From Ruditapes philippinarum (Eukaryota): 64,000 nt of DNA. Of this stretch, positions 27,412-40,258 are shown piece by piece. The stretch's first letter is position 1. Each line of letters opens with the position of its first letter. The translations under genes were made by a program, and so were the position numbers. The stretch is taken from positions 124,001-188,000 of the forward strand of contig NW_026865297.1 of assembly GCF_026571515.1 (NCBI RefSeq). Direction: 5' to 3'. The notes beneath the pieces are model-generated. The model searched no databases and was not told the origin of the DNA. It saw nothing but the letters and a program-made list of their open reading frames with translations.

Positions 27412-27909
27412 CAATCTGACTTAAGATCAGATCTACTTATTTCTTTTATGTAGACCTGATTACGACCATATATGTTTGGCCCTCCTTAAAATTCGGAATC
27501 CCAAGAAAGCTATTTTAAGCCATGCAAACAAACTGGTTTTTACAGAGGCATTAGACGAAGTATAACAATACCGTTTTCCGTTGACGTTAAACAAATTGTT
27601 GAGTTTTATTAGAAAAAAAATGTTTAAAGTAATATTTAACGAATTAACTTGAAATAATAGTCAATTTTTAATGGGCAAGATTGTTTTGCCAGTTTTCCTG
27701 TCGGCTTAATGGACAATGCCATGATTGTTCTCGAAATCGTGAAAATTACCTACTTATTATTGGTTTTCCAAGGGTTAAAATAAGAATTTCAAAATTATGA
27801 AAGCTCAATAATGATTGAATGTGTGAAAGGTCACCAGGAATGATTTCGTATTTAATCACGGTTAGATCTAGAAGAGGCGCGCTATTTAGAGCTAATTTTA
27901 ATCAGATTG
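27412..27909. mobile_element. MULE-like MITE (498 bp) with ~10-bp TSD
   Basis: Imperfect TIR caatctgacttaagatcagatcta / tagagctaattttaatcagattg, flanked by taataatagt (27402-27411) and taataatatt (27910-27919). The unit 1 site (~4083-4101, gttataataatagtcgacc) is empty and has one copy of the target. 9-11 bp TSDs are characteristic of Mutator-like elements. Confidence 0.75.
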
Positions 27910-30900
27910 TAATAATATTCGACCTAGATTTTCCATTTTCTCTCAAACCATTGATGACTAATTTGGTGTAAATTGCAGTATTTGTAATGTGTCGACTTAT
28001 GCTAATAACGACATCAAAACTAATAAACAATTTTAATAATTTTTTTTTGTTGATTTGTGTCTGCTATATCAGTTTGATTTCTTTAATAATTAATATATCT
28101 TCTTAGAAAAGAATCAATTAAAATATCATTTGACGCAATTATTTAAATATTATTATTTGTGCATGCAAAAGATGTAAATGTCATTAATCTGAATTAGGTC
28201 ACAATGAGATAAAGTAAACAAGATAAATATTCAGACATGTGCAACAAAAGACGATATTTAGATACATTGAAAATAAAATATGAAACCCTAAAGACTTAGC
28301 GATTTTCAGGAATTTCGTCTTGTAATAATCGGTCAGTTGCGTCTATTATCTTATTAATGCAGTTCTCATTTAATATAATCAAAATCGTTTTTATAACAAA
28401 CAGCTTTTTAAATTTACCTACATATATTTAACGTAATGAGAACGAGTGTCAAGATTAAATTAATATATTGAAAATGTAAAGAAAAGACATAATCAGTGGT
28501 AACATAAAGGTGGATATCAAATGAGTAACGGTTCAATAATGAATTTATAGAACGATTTGTAAAGATTTATATTGAATTCTTCTATGCAAGCAATTGGTAA
28601 TGACAGTACACTCAAGTTTTCTTTTTATCACCTACCTTAAATAAATACATGTTTTACAGTAAAAAGAATCTCTCCCCGTCCCACACTGATACGTTTGAAG
28701 TGTAACGATAACATAAATTTACGCGATTTTATGCTATGCTTATATAAAACAAATGACGTCACGTTCATACAAACTAATTATTACATAGTGTTTAATCGAT
28801 TTCATTAAATTGCCTTTCCACTCCGGCAGCGTGGTTTTTGTGCCGAGTTTATTTCGGTAGAAACCTTACAGTGGTACAATCCCGTAGAAATTGTCTGAGG
28901 TTTTGTAATCTACTTTATTTGATAAGTGCTTTAAATGGAAAATGTTTGTTTGTGTTAGAATAGACTTAAAAATAAACGTAAAGTTATATTCAGACATTTT
29001 GACCAGTGCATGTTTATGTCAAGAAGTTGAACATTTTTCCGTTAAGCGTTAAATATATCTGCGAATTAAAGCTATATCATTTTTGTAAATAATCGACAAT
29101 GATGCAATTTTGCAAATACATAAAAACATTCTTTTTTTCAGCTACATTTTCTCTTTTTTCTTCTTTTTTTTGCATAATATAAAACACTATGAATAATGGC
29201 AACGAATCTGATACTAATTAATTATAGGCATATTCAGCTTCTGGGATTGATGTTTATTCATTCATAAAACAACATACGTGACAAAATGCTTTCAAGTCAT
29301 AAAAATAAAAGAAATATCTGTTTGCTTTCTTAATTTCTATGTCAATTAAGTAATCATATATTTTGTGCATGTGCGAAAATACAGTTTTAATCAATTACTT
29401 GTTTTTATAGACTGCTTTGTTAGGTGTTAGGATTTCTTTTATCATTGCTTGTATCAGTTAATTTTGTTCTAACTGATTTAGAAGTAAAAACATTTAAGTA
29501 CCCCCTGCTGTATTTATTTGATAACCTGATTCTCATTATTCAATGACCTGATGAAATATTGTAAACAACTAAGACTATATTGATATGGACATTTGGAAAA
29601 TTATTTCAATTTAACACATCAATAATCATGAAATACTAGTATCATGAATACTGAACAGTATCTACTAAGCTACCAGAAAATGTTTTTTTTTTTTGTGCAG
29701 TTCGGTATGCACATGCGTTTCATTGTTCGCGAGCATTACTGGTTGTCTCGTTATTTTGGACAAAACTTTTAGAATGTCATTTATAACTTAGTAAATTATT
29801 ATGTTGAACTTAATATTCACAAGAAACTTAATGACTTTTTAAATGCAGTGTAATTGGGGGCCAGCGCGATGCACAAATCTCAAATATCCTAGAAGAAAAT
29901 TTGTTTCCGATACTCCTTTAGATTATTTGATAAGGTGGATGTGTATACGTTTCAGAATGATACGTAATATTATACTATTTATTCTTATTTTAGAATGGCC
30001 AATGAGATTCCCTGATGTCAGTTTGCAATTTTAAATGACCAATGAAAATTATACTTGTATTTTGTTCTTACCTGTGAATTTAAAAGAAGTCAAACCGTTT
30101 TCAGATTGACTTCGTCCGAACAAGATGATGAACAGATCCAGTAATTTACACAAAAGTAGTCAAAGCTTAGACCATGTATGTATGATATAAACATATTATG
30201 CGCTGGAACAGAAATGAATATTTCCGTAAGAACAACACTTCGCCAAAACATTCTGATTCAAAAACATAAAAACGAACTATTATATCTTTTTTTTTTATCT
30301 GAACATATTTGAGAATGAATGCGAAACACAATACTCGTATACGCTTATAGAATATATTGAATTCAAATTAATGGAAACGATCCCGATTTAAATTTCATTT
30401 CAATGGTTGAATGTCATAAATTCTCACATTATTACTCATAATAATGTCTGACAGAACTATTTTATAACGATACATCATAACAATATTGTTTTCATTTTTG
30501 ATTTCTACTGGGCATATTATTATAATGGAATTTTTGTGTTCAAACCTTAACCACAAATTATTCCAAATGGCGAAGTCTTCTTGCGTCATTCATACAAACG
30601 AATTATCAATGTCTGTCCCTATTACAAAATCATATCCAATGAGGTTTACTTAAAGACTTTAAAGGATTTTCTGTTAAAAACTATACACATAGAACACGGA
30701 TGCTTCAATTTAAGTTTATACGTTTACGAACGGACAGAGCGGGATGGTCGGAAAAATCTATAAGCCCCATCCTCCCGAAGTAATGAGTCATTGAAATTAA
30801 AGATCCTTGAAATGATCATTCTCCTGTTTTGTACTTGTTTACATTTGTAAAAATCAATTGCTGACAACCATAAATCAGTGTTTTTGTATCATGAATTATG

Positions 30901-31949
30901 ATTCATAATGTGATTATCTAAAAGCACTGTAAATATGAATATAAAAACCTCTTTGACACTTGCAAAATATGTAAAATATGGAACATGAAAATGATAACAG
31001 TATAATTTGATTTTAAAATTGATTGGAATGGAGTTTTCGATAGTTGTTGATAAATATATACATATAAAAATATGTACACATTTTTAAATGAGTATTATGT
31101 GTCTCGAGCCGTTCAACTAAAAACATCATGACAGAAGAAAAACGAATCCTTTACTAACGGTTCAATAAGCTTAAAATCAGAAAGGTTAAAATATAATTTG
31201 TTTTTCTTTGTTTTACACCATTTTGTCCCTTCATTTATACTTGAATACTATTATGCCGCATACTTTTGTTTACTTTATTCTTCTACTGTTCTAATTACTT
31301 TCTACTCCACAGTAGGGATATTTCATACTGTATTCGGAAAGAATCATTCATCACGGTTTGGGAAATGCATAATTTGTTAAATGCGTCGCTGACAGACTGA
31401 AATCAATAAATATTTATCACCATAAATATGTTTATTACTAGATTCCCGAAGTCATGTCTCGGGAACACAAGATTACATTTAATCGATAATGTAGTGCTCC
31501 ATGAATGGCGTAGTAGTTTCTGAAGATGCTGTATTGAGTGTCAGTCCGAGATAAAAATTGTCATAATTTTCCTTCGTCTCATGATATCTTTGATTTTTAT
31601 ACATATCAGACTTGTGTTTCCGTTAGTTTTACCCATGCCTGTAATTTCTTTTGGCATGGGAGCTACCAGATGAGTCACATGCTATGCAATGACATGCTTC
31701 GGATGACGTTATTTCGCCTTTATGAATGAAGAAATTTTAAACGCTGTTGTAAGAAAATAGTAACGGTAGTAATGACGTAAATTTCCATGGAAAATTGTTT
31801 TATTAAGGTAAATAATTTAAGATATGATGGAATATGGTAGGATATGCAAGAAATAATAGCTGATATAAGTTTGCGGTTGGGATCGGTTTATTCGTCCCTC
31901 GTGAAATGTAAAATGTCGTGTATTCAATTGCTAATTCTTGCATAAATCG

Positions 31950-32270
31950 GACACCTTATCGTAAGTGTAGCAAAGTATTTACTGGTGAAGGCATAATGTG
32001 GCAGGCAAGAATGTCACATGTCAACATTTATAAACGTAAATGAAACACAACGAAGTAAAATATAACGAAAGCAGTATCACTAGGGCGAAGAGTCACAATA
32101 GTACAATGTGACACCTTAACGTAAGTGTAGCAAAGTATCTACGAGTGAAGGCATAATATGGCAGGCAAGGATGTCGCATGTCAATTTTTATAAACGTACA
32201 ATGAAACACAACGATGTAAAATATAACGAAAGCAGTATCACTAGGGCGAAGTGTCACAATAGCACAATGT
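31950..32270 (+). repeat. Direct tandem duplication, 2 x ~160 bp
   Basis: gacacctta.cgtaagtgtagcaaagtat...gtcacaatag.acaatgt at 31950 and 32110; single copy in unit 1 (~8703-8862). Confidence 0.9.
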
Positions 32271-33763
32271 GATAAAGCAAATAACGCAAATTTATTTTCA
32301 TGTTAAAGATAAATTTACAAAACGAATATACTCATTGTGTTGCTGTCTTAATTCCCCTCCCTCTTACTTTTTTTTAAATAACCAAACAGTTATTTAAGAA
32401 CTTACAGGCAAATTTTGAGTTTTAAAAAGTAGCAATGACTTAAACTTTGAAATATTAGGGCATATAAGACACTGCAAAACATACTAGTAGTCACCAGAAA
32501 GACTACTTTAAGTCAACATTAGTCATTTATAGCGTTCTGTAGTATATTTGTTTTCAATTATTACACAGATTTTCGCAAAATATTGCATCAGACATTATTA
32601 ATCTGTAAACTTTCTATAAACATGTACTGTTTTTTTCGAAAAAAAAAAATGCAAAAATCGTCAATATACAATGTCACTGCTACTGTTTGAAGCTCAAAAT
32701 CTGCATAAAATCACTTTAATAACATTAGGGAAAGCTAAATACTATGTATTTGTGACTGGGATAAGAAATGATAGCATATTCATTTTGTCTTTTAAAAAGA
32801 AAAACATTGCCAAATTGTTAATCGCATGAAGACATTTATGTCAAAATCCGCCATTTTTTACACCAGCAATTGATTGCTTTGTTCAAAGAACACCAGAAAT
32901 CAGCCTCTCCTTTAAAACCCCTAAATGATGTTATATTGATACATTTTACGATCTTTCAACCACACGCGGTGTTAATACTCATCTGTGCAACGACTATCAA
33001 TAATTTATTTCTTTTAATATTCAAGTTATAAAAGGACATAACGCCAACATATAGTTTTCAGATTAATGCCCCATAGTCTACCAACTGTGCCTGTTCATGA
33101 TGAACAAGTACTCATAATTATTTTCCAGACTTGCTCTCGTTTATCAACAATATATCATTTGAATTCATGTATTTTTATTTTCTGATAGACAGAGTACGTT
33201 TCGATTGCGTATATATTTATGCATTTGCTGCCTTAGACTTCCATTGCAAATTGTCCCATATGGCAACATTTGCTTGCGTCATTTATAAAGAAGTATGATA
33301 ATGTTTATCTCCTATTATATTCAATAATATTTTCTTTCAGGAAATTTTATGAATAAAAAGCATAGATTTTGTAAAATATTTCAGACTTGATTAAATAAAC
33401 AGTTTGTTTATTCAATATGAATGCTGACATTTACAGGATTTCTGTTAAGACTTAGACATTATTAATATATATTGAACAATATTTTGATCCTATTATTCTC
33501 AATAAGAATGTCTGAAATTTGAGGCATGTAGACATGTCAGTTTGCAGATGTTTTTTTCGATACAGAAATGTAAATGTTTTTAATAAATAATAGAATTATA
33601 ATCAGAATCACAGCTTGTTATGATATAAAATAACACACGACAGTACTGGTATGTGTAACATTTTTTTTTAATAAGTCAAAACAAAATTCAAATGTACGAT
33701 GAATATATTATACTGCAACCAAACTCAGAGAGTCTTGTCTAGCTGCATATGACATGTTTTAAC

Positions 33764-34958
33764 AAGCAGATTGAAGTTGTTAATGCTTTTAGTTACGTTG
33801 GTTTAACATTTACAAGACAACTTTCTATGAAAAGAATGGTACATGAGTTATGTATAAAGAGTAAGAGGGTTTTTATATCAATCTTAAAATCCTTGTATGA
33901 TTGTGGCCAATTAAATAAGAAAGTATTTTTTAAACTGTTTGATACTAAAATATGTCCTCAGTTACTTTATGGGGCTGAAATTTGGGGCATGGGTAAATTT
34001 GAAGAGCTAGAACGAGTTCAATATTATGCATGCAAACGCTTTATGTGTTGTAAACAAAATGCATCCAATGTAGCTGTATTAGGCGACTGTGGGAGGTATC
34101 CCATGTATTTAATATCCATTAAGAGGTGTATTAACTATTGGTTAAAAATTATTAAAATGCCAAACGATAGATTAGTTAAAATATACAGGGACATGACAAT
34201 TGGGTAACATCTTTAAGAAAAAAATTTCAAAGTCATGGTTTTGGATATGTATGGGAAAGTCAATCTGTTACATCAGATAAATACTTTATAGTACAATTTG
34301 AAAATATGTTAAAAGATATATACCTACAGGAGTGGCATTCATCTGTAACCTCTAATGTAAAATTGTCTTTTTATGGTATGTTTAAGGAAATTTTTTCATA
34401 TGAATGTTACTTAGATGTTCTAGACATTAGAAAATTTAGATATATATACTCAAATTTTAGAATAGGGTCACATGATCTTGAAATTGAGGTTGGTAGACAT
34501 AAAAAGATATTGAGGGAAAACAGATTATGCACAAAATGTTCTAAGAATGTAATAGAAGACGAATTTCATTTTTTACTATGTTGTGATTTTTATTCAGAAC
34601 TTAGAAAATTTTATCTACCGGTTAAGTACCTAAATGCACCAACCCGAAACAAATTTAATATATTAATGTCTACAAAAAATGATGATCTTATAAAGGGTAC
34701 AGCAACATTTTTGTATTACGCTTTTGAAAAAAGGAAGTTAAACAATTAATATGTCTTCGATACAAAATGATAATTAAGAAAGTCCCAGAAATTTTTTTAT
34801 GCTTTAAAGTTATTTTCAGTTAAATTTATATAGTATATGTTTAAACATTGTGCACATGCTATAATTTTGTGTAAATTGTTTCTCTGTATATATGTTTTTG
34901 CATGGGCCGGAGGCCTTAAAGCGAATAAAGTATTTGTATTGTATTGTATTGTATTGTA
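33764..34958 (+). mobile_element. 5'-truncated non-LTR retrotransposon (RTE-X-like LINE), ORF2 C-terminal remnant
   Basis: ORFs 33749-34207 (PQLLYGAEIWG, LERVQYYACKRF, VLGDCGRYP, YWLKI) and 34306-34749 (FRIGSHDLEIEVGR, CTKC...IEDEFHFLLCC) are joined across a frameshift at ~34190. The 3' end has AATAAA then (TTGTA)n. It is absent from units 1 and 3. Clade is inferred from motifs, and there is no clean TSD. Confidence 0.9.
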
Positions 34959-35791
34959 TATGTTATCATTAAAGACATTATTTGAACTTCAAGAGCAGTT
35001 AATCAGTGTATGAAAAATGTCCGTTTTAAGGGAGCATATGCAACAAGGTTCGTAAACGAAAAAGACACACAGCTCATCAAATATAGCTACCAATGATTTC
35101 AGAAAATCAATATTTTGTTTCAGTGTTTCATTCGATATAATTATGTGAAGTTCCATGAGTACATTTGTTTGCACGTCTCTTAACAGCACGGCATGAAATT
35201 CAATACCACTGCAAAAAGACGCACCAATCCCAGTAGGTTTTCTCTTACATTCTCATCATGACTTCATCAACGACATTAATCATGCCGAGTTTGCATTTTT
35301 CACCTTTTTTCATTGCAGTAATGGTATTTTCCCTACTTATACTGACACCAGTAGGTGTTCAGTACTATATGTCAGCTGAAAATGTTGCCTCGTACTTCAT
35401 CTTTGTGTTGTAATATTTGCAATGGCATTACTTTGTGAATTTATGCATTAGGTTCTACTTTTTTCTCAAAATATGTCTTTTCTTGTTGTCATTTCTACTA
35501 TAATGTGCTTTCAAATTTATTTGTTCAGTGTGTAAAATGTCTCAAACCCTAGTCGGATTTTCAAGCTATGCAGCGAAAAATCATGCTCTTCTTTTAATAT
35601 TCCATTTTTGTTAATCAAATTAAATATTCAATGTTACTGGGGAAAAAAGGGAATTTTACAAACTGTATAAATAAAATTTATTATTAAATCAAAGACAAAT
35701 CATAATGTTTGATCAACATGTAATAAATTCATGTGAAACATAACAATAAATTCAGTAAAAAGAATCATTTACCAACAAATAAAAATATAAA

Positions 35792-35933
35792 ACCTCATTT
35801 GCATTCCCCCTTCTAAATTTAATATGACGTCATCCAGTCCATATAAGAATTATGGTCTGGGTAGCCAGTCTGTATGCGATTTATGGATCGGATGACGTCA
35901 TAATAAATATAGAAGTGCGTATGCAAATGAGGT
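35792..35933. repeat. Imperfect inverted repeat (~50-bp arms)
   Basis: acctcatttgcat...ttcta.attta.tatgacgtcatcc / ggatgacgtcataataaatatagaa...atgcaaatgaggt; lies within a ~500-bp segment absent from units 1 and 3. Confidence 0.8.
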
Positions 35934-37659
35934 ATAATATAATTCAATGAATGTACTGTCTACTTTGAACTTCTTTGACCTTAGTGTGTTACTTCAGTAC
36001 GCGTTAATATTTTTGCTGTAGTCACTGTCTTTATTTAGTTCTATTAGAGACAGTTTGTCTACTCTAACGTCTGCTTGCGACATTCATTCATAAAGAAGCA
36101 TATGAAATGCCTCGAATTGTGCAATATAATTCAATGAGATTTTCCCCTCAGGAAATTTTATGCATATTTTTGTCTCGTCGTTTTAAGTACAGACTATCAA
36201 AAGGCAATGAGTTCTTTGTAACAAAAGAAGAAAGAAGGGATGCTATAACCGACAATAAAAAATAGTTACGTCAGTGATTATACATTTATAGTTGTTATTT
36301 ACAATTCTGTTGAAAGCGCTATTTTCTATGGTTTGGGCTTCATGAAATATCAATACTTTATTATTAAGAAATATTTAATATAACTATGGATAGATGAAAG
36401 CCAGTTTGAACGGATATCATAGAACACATATCCAGTTATGGTTTTCTTAAAGATTGTCGAGCATGGATATTTATATTGCGCGAGTGTACGTGTGTGTTTG
36501 CGTACGCGCACGTGTATGTGTTTATGGGTTCTATAAATTTCATTTTCACTTGATAAGTGTTTATTGTAATCCTGCTAGAATGTTGTAGAAACACATTTGG
36601 AGTATATTGCCTGCTTTTTAATCTGTCATTTGATACTTCTCCGGAAAAAATAGACGTCATTACCTTTGATTTCCTCTAACAATTCAATGTTCTTTAATTC
36701 AGTACTTCGTATGCTAGATAAATGAGGTTCCATACGACTGGCTATTCATGGAATGCCACAAAAATGTCACGGTGAAGGTATCATGCTCATTGCCGTATGA
36801 ATATAATATTATGCTTATATTTCTATTCTTAATTAACATTGTAAATAATTCACTGTTTCTTCTATTTAATCCTTTGCTGGTGGATGGGTGTTTACGTTTA
36901 CCATTGAAATTCATGGACATACTCAACCAAATCGGACTTGCAACAGTTACTTTTAAATTCCATGATTGGAGATCACTTTAATGGTACGAGGTTCTTAGAA
37001 CTTTGCGGGTTTTTTTCTTACTTTACTGGAAAAATGGATAAGTAACCAAATTGTTAAAAACCTCATTTTTTTATATTTCCCTTGCTGTTATATACCACAA
37101 AATTTGGGCTGTTCGAATTATTCTTTATTGACGTACCCCAATCTAAGTGAACTACTGTTTAAAGAAGCACGCCTCCATATTCATGTTTATTTTCATGAAA
37201 ATTTTAGAAATGTATTTGAAAGTAAAATAATGTGAGGTGAACAAAAATAGTAATTTACATATTGAAATCGGTACTTACAATCCAAGAAAATTACCAAAAC
37301 GTGGTCAACAAATGCAAGAACAGCCCCTTCTGCGTAAGTTACGCAGTAGAAATATTGTGATAAAATACTGCAAAATCAGTCTTAAACCACACATAACATA
37401 AAATATAACTTGGATCTTAAATGTTTTTACCTTTCTTAAAATTTCAGTACATTTTTCTCAATATTGATTTTCTTGAAATATTTTGGCTTACCTTGACGCC
37501 TGCAGCTTTAAAACTGCATGTTTCTTATTTAGTATGAAGCTAATTAATCAAGAATGTGTGGTTATTGCAAAATCATGTTTATGCTGTGTTAGACAGCCTT
37601 CAGATTTCTACTGTTCATTTTTTTGGCACAAAATCTAATTGTTCTCTTTTCAGAAGATC

Positions 37660-38800
37660 TTTTTAACACATGTTTGAAAGAAACACATATTTATAAGAAA
37701 CACACTCTAAAAGTGCAATTTAAAACAATTCTTGATAACATTAACACTTTCAATCACTAATACAATGAAGAATGAACAAAGAATAAGCGCTGTAAAAGTT
37801 TCTATGTTTCTTGAAGCTGAAATTCAGCAAAAAGTTCGGTCATTGGCGAACGGATCCCTGTTTGTCAATAAATTAGAGAGAAAAACGTTTTAGACATATA
37901 TTATGTGGCTTATTTAGTCAGACAAAAATGAAATAATACCAATGTTCAACTTTGATCGAATAATATACAGTCTCTTAAGTATGGCTGCTTTTCCTTAAGT
38001 CGTGGGTTTTCCTTGAGTCGTGGGTTGGTTAAAATCATAAATGACTTTTTGTTTGGTTAAAAATGTATTTTAGAAGTTAATATTTCTTATAATTTGTTGT
38101 TAAAAAGTTGTAAATACTGTAATAATCGAATAATTTGGCCATTTGTAGGGTTTGTTTACATTTTTTGACAACAACAACAACAACCTGCTGGTTTCCGGTG
38201 TTTGGAACAGGTGCGACTTAATTTCGCGCCAAAATTGGGCCCACAGAAAGTCTCACTGAACTATTAATTGAAATATAAACTAACACTTGGTCATCAGCAT
38301 CATTATATCTATTATCGATCCATTATCCATCTTGAATAAAATTTGGAAATCATTTCTCCGTCTTTTTGCAACTAGTTATGTTTGTTTATAAAGCAAAATT
38401 AACGGAATAGGATACATTTGAAAACCACATTCTTTATAAAATATCAATGCAATTGTTGCTACAATTTGTTAATGTAAAGATTTTAAAGCAAATAGAAACT
38501 ACACTCTAAAAGTGTAAATTTAATACAATTCTTGAATAACACATAAATTTCAATCGCTACATCACAATGAAAATGAACAGAAGAATTTAGCGCATGTAAA
38601 ATGTTTTATTGTTAGTCTTGAAAGTCTGAAATTAGCAAACAAATGTTCGTCATTGGCGATACGTGACATCCTGTTAGACTCAGATAAATGATTAGAGAAA
38701 AACTTATCTAGAATAATATTTAGATGGCATTTATCATGACAAAATCAAATATACACTAATTTCAAGCTTTTGACGATATATATCATTTTCTCTTAAGTAC
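37660..38800 (+). repeat. Direct duplication of ~300 bp (~37660-37980 and ~38470-38800)
   Basis: acactctaaaagtg.aattt...gtcattggcga...ctcttaagta occurs twice, ~800 bp apart. Confidence 0.8.
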
Positions 38801-39523
38801 ATTGGGTCGTTTTAATCAATAAAATGATTAAATACTTAAATTATTGCCTCTCGCAGTATATTTCTGTTTTACTTTTCTTGGCTTTGAATTAGGTCATTAC
38901 GTAATTACATAAGCTTAAATTATCAGAAGAATTGTTCTTATTTTGTCATATAATGCATCGATTTTTCTATAAATAATTTCCTATATAGACGGAAGATAAA
39001 ATTATTACTCTCTCTAAAATAGCTACATCGAGAATAATAAAAAGTAATTGGCATCTAAAGATGTTAACCACATTGGAGATCCTTTATTAATTAACCCTTT
39101 AAAATGAATTTTAAAAAAGAAAGTTGTGAGCTGATATTTGGTCTAAATAAGTCAGTGTTTGTAGTGTCACTTTATGGACTATTGAAATGGTTGAAATTAA
39201 TCTACATGTATATTATGATAGACTAAAATATCTGCCCATGTAAGACAGAACTTGTATTTTTTCTTTATAATTAAAAAAATCACAATTTACTTTTCATTAC
39301 ATAGATACCCATATAGACGCCCATATAAATGAATTAAGTCCCCGAATTACCTACATAAAGGATAGCCCCAGTCTTTAATAAAACCGGCCTTCAATGCAAT
39401 CACTTCTTCCCTAGGTACCAATTCAATGTTATAATTTTAACAACTTTCCAATCATGGTTCCTAGATAGACCATAAGGTATGAAAAAAGAACTGAAAATCT
39501 CTCTCTTAGATATTTCAATAGTA

Positions 39524-39766
39524 ATATGAGCCGCGTCACGACAAAACCAACGTATTGTGTTTGCGAGCAGCATGGATCCAGACCAGCCTGCGCATCCGCG
39601 CAGTCTGATCAGGATCCATGCTGTTCGCTATCAGTTTCTCTACTTGTAGTAGGGTTTGTAAGCGAACAGCATTGATCCTGATCAGACTGCGCGGATGCAC
39701 AGGCTGGTCTGGATCCATTGTGGTCGCAAACCCATTATGTTGGTTTTGTCATGACGCGGCTCATAT
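39524..39766. mobile_element. Full-length palindromic MITE (~240 bp)
   Basis: atatgagccgcgtcacgacaaaaccaac ... gttggttttgtcatgacgcggctcatat: ~105-bp arms around a ~30-bp loop, in an AT-rich target. Further copies occur in the window. Confidence 0.93.
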
Positions 39767-40218
39767 AACTTAACCGGTTTTCTTGATTAGTAAGATCAAT
39801 ATTGTGATTTAACCATTGTGTTGGCCTTATTTGGTGACGAATACTTTAACGAGAAGACTAAACGTCAGTTAAAACATATATTATTATTCATTATCGTTTA
39901 TTTGCATGTTATATGTACCGGTTGCTCTCTTTCATTACTAAAATGACAAAGTTGAATATTCTGACATCGGATTTACAATGTTTGTTGAAAGGAAACATTT
40001 TAATATTTAACCTATCCCATATATTTACTGATCGTATCTATAAAATCCATATTTTCAATTTTGTAGCTATAGCAGCTGTGTTTCTAAAGGTGTCAAATGA
40101 TTTGAAACAGAGAAGACATTTATCAACTTCCTAATAAATATGCTAAATTACTTGTTCTTGTGATTGTAATCATTTGCACGATCATTCTGAAATAATATAT
40201 TGTAATAATAATAAAAAT

Positions 40219-40258
40219 GATGATAATGATGATGAATGATGGCGATGATGATGATGAT
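40219..40258 (+). repeat. Imperfect (GAT)n microsatellite
   Basis: atgatgataatgatgatgaatgatggcgatgatgatgatgat. Confidence 0.85.

Larger units (their letters stand above)
27186..36710 (+). repeat. Tandem array unit 4 (C-A-D-B-F; block G resumes at 38855-39240)
   Basis: Long colinear, high-identity match to unit 1 (e.g. 6610-8700 vs 29845-31950), with a different set of TE insertions. Confidence 0.9.

Noticed and set aside
39536-39718. ORFs MDPDQP... (also 60002-60208 and 52679-53008)
   Set aside because: Chance frames through the GC-rich palindromic MITE.
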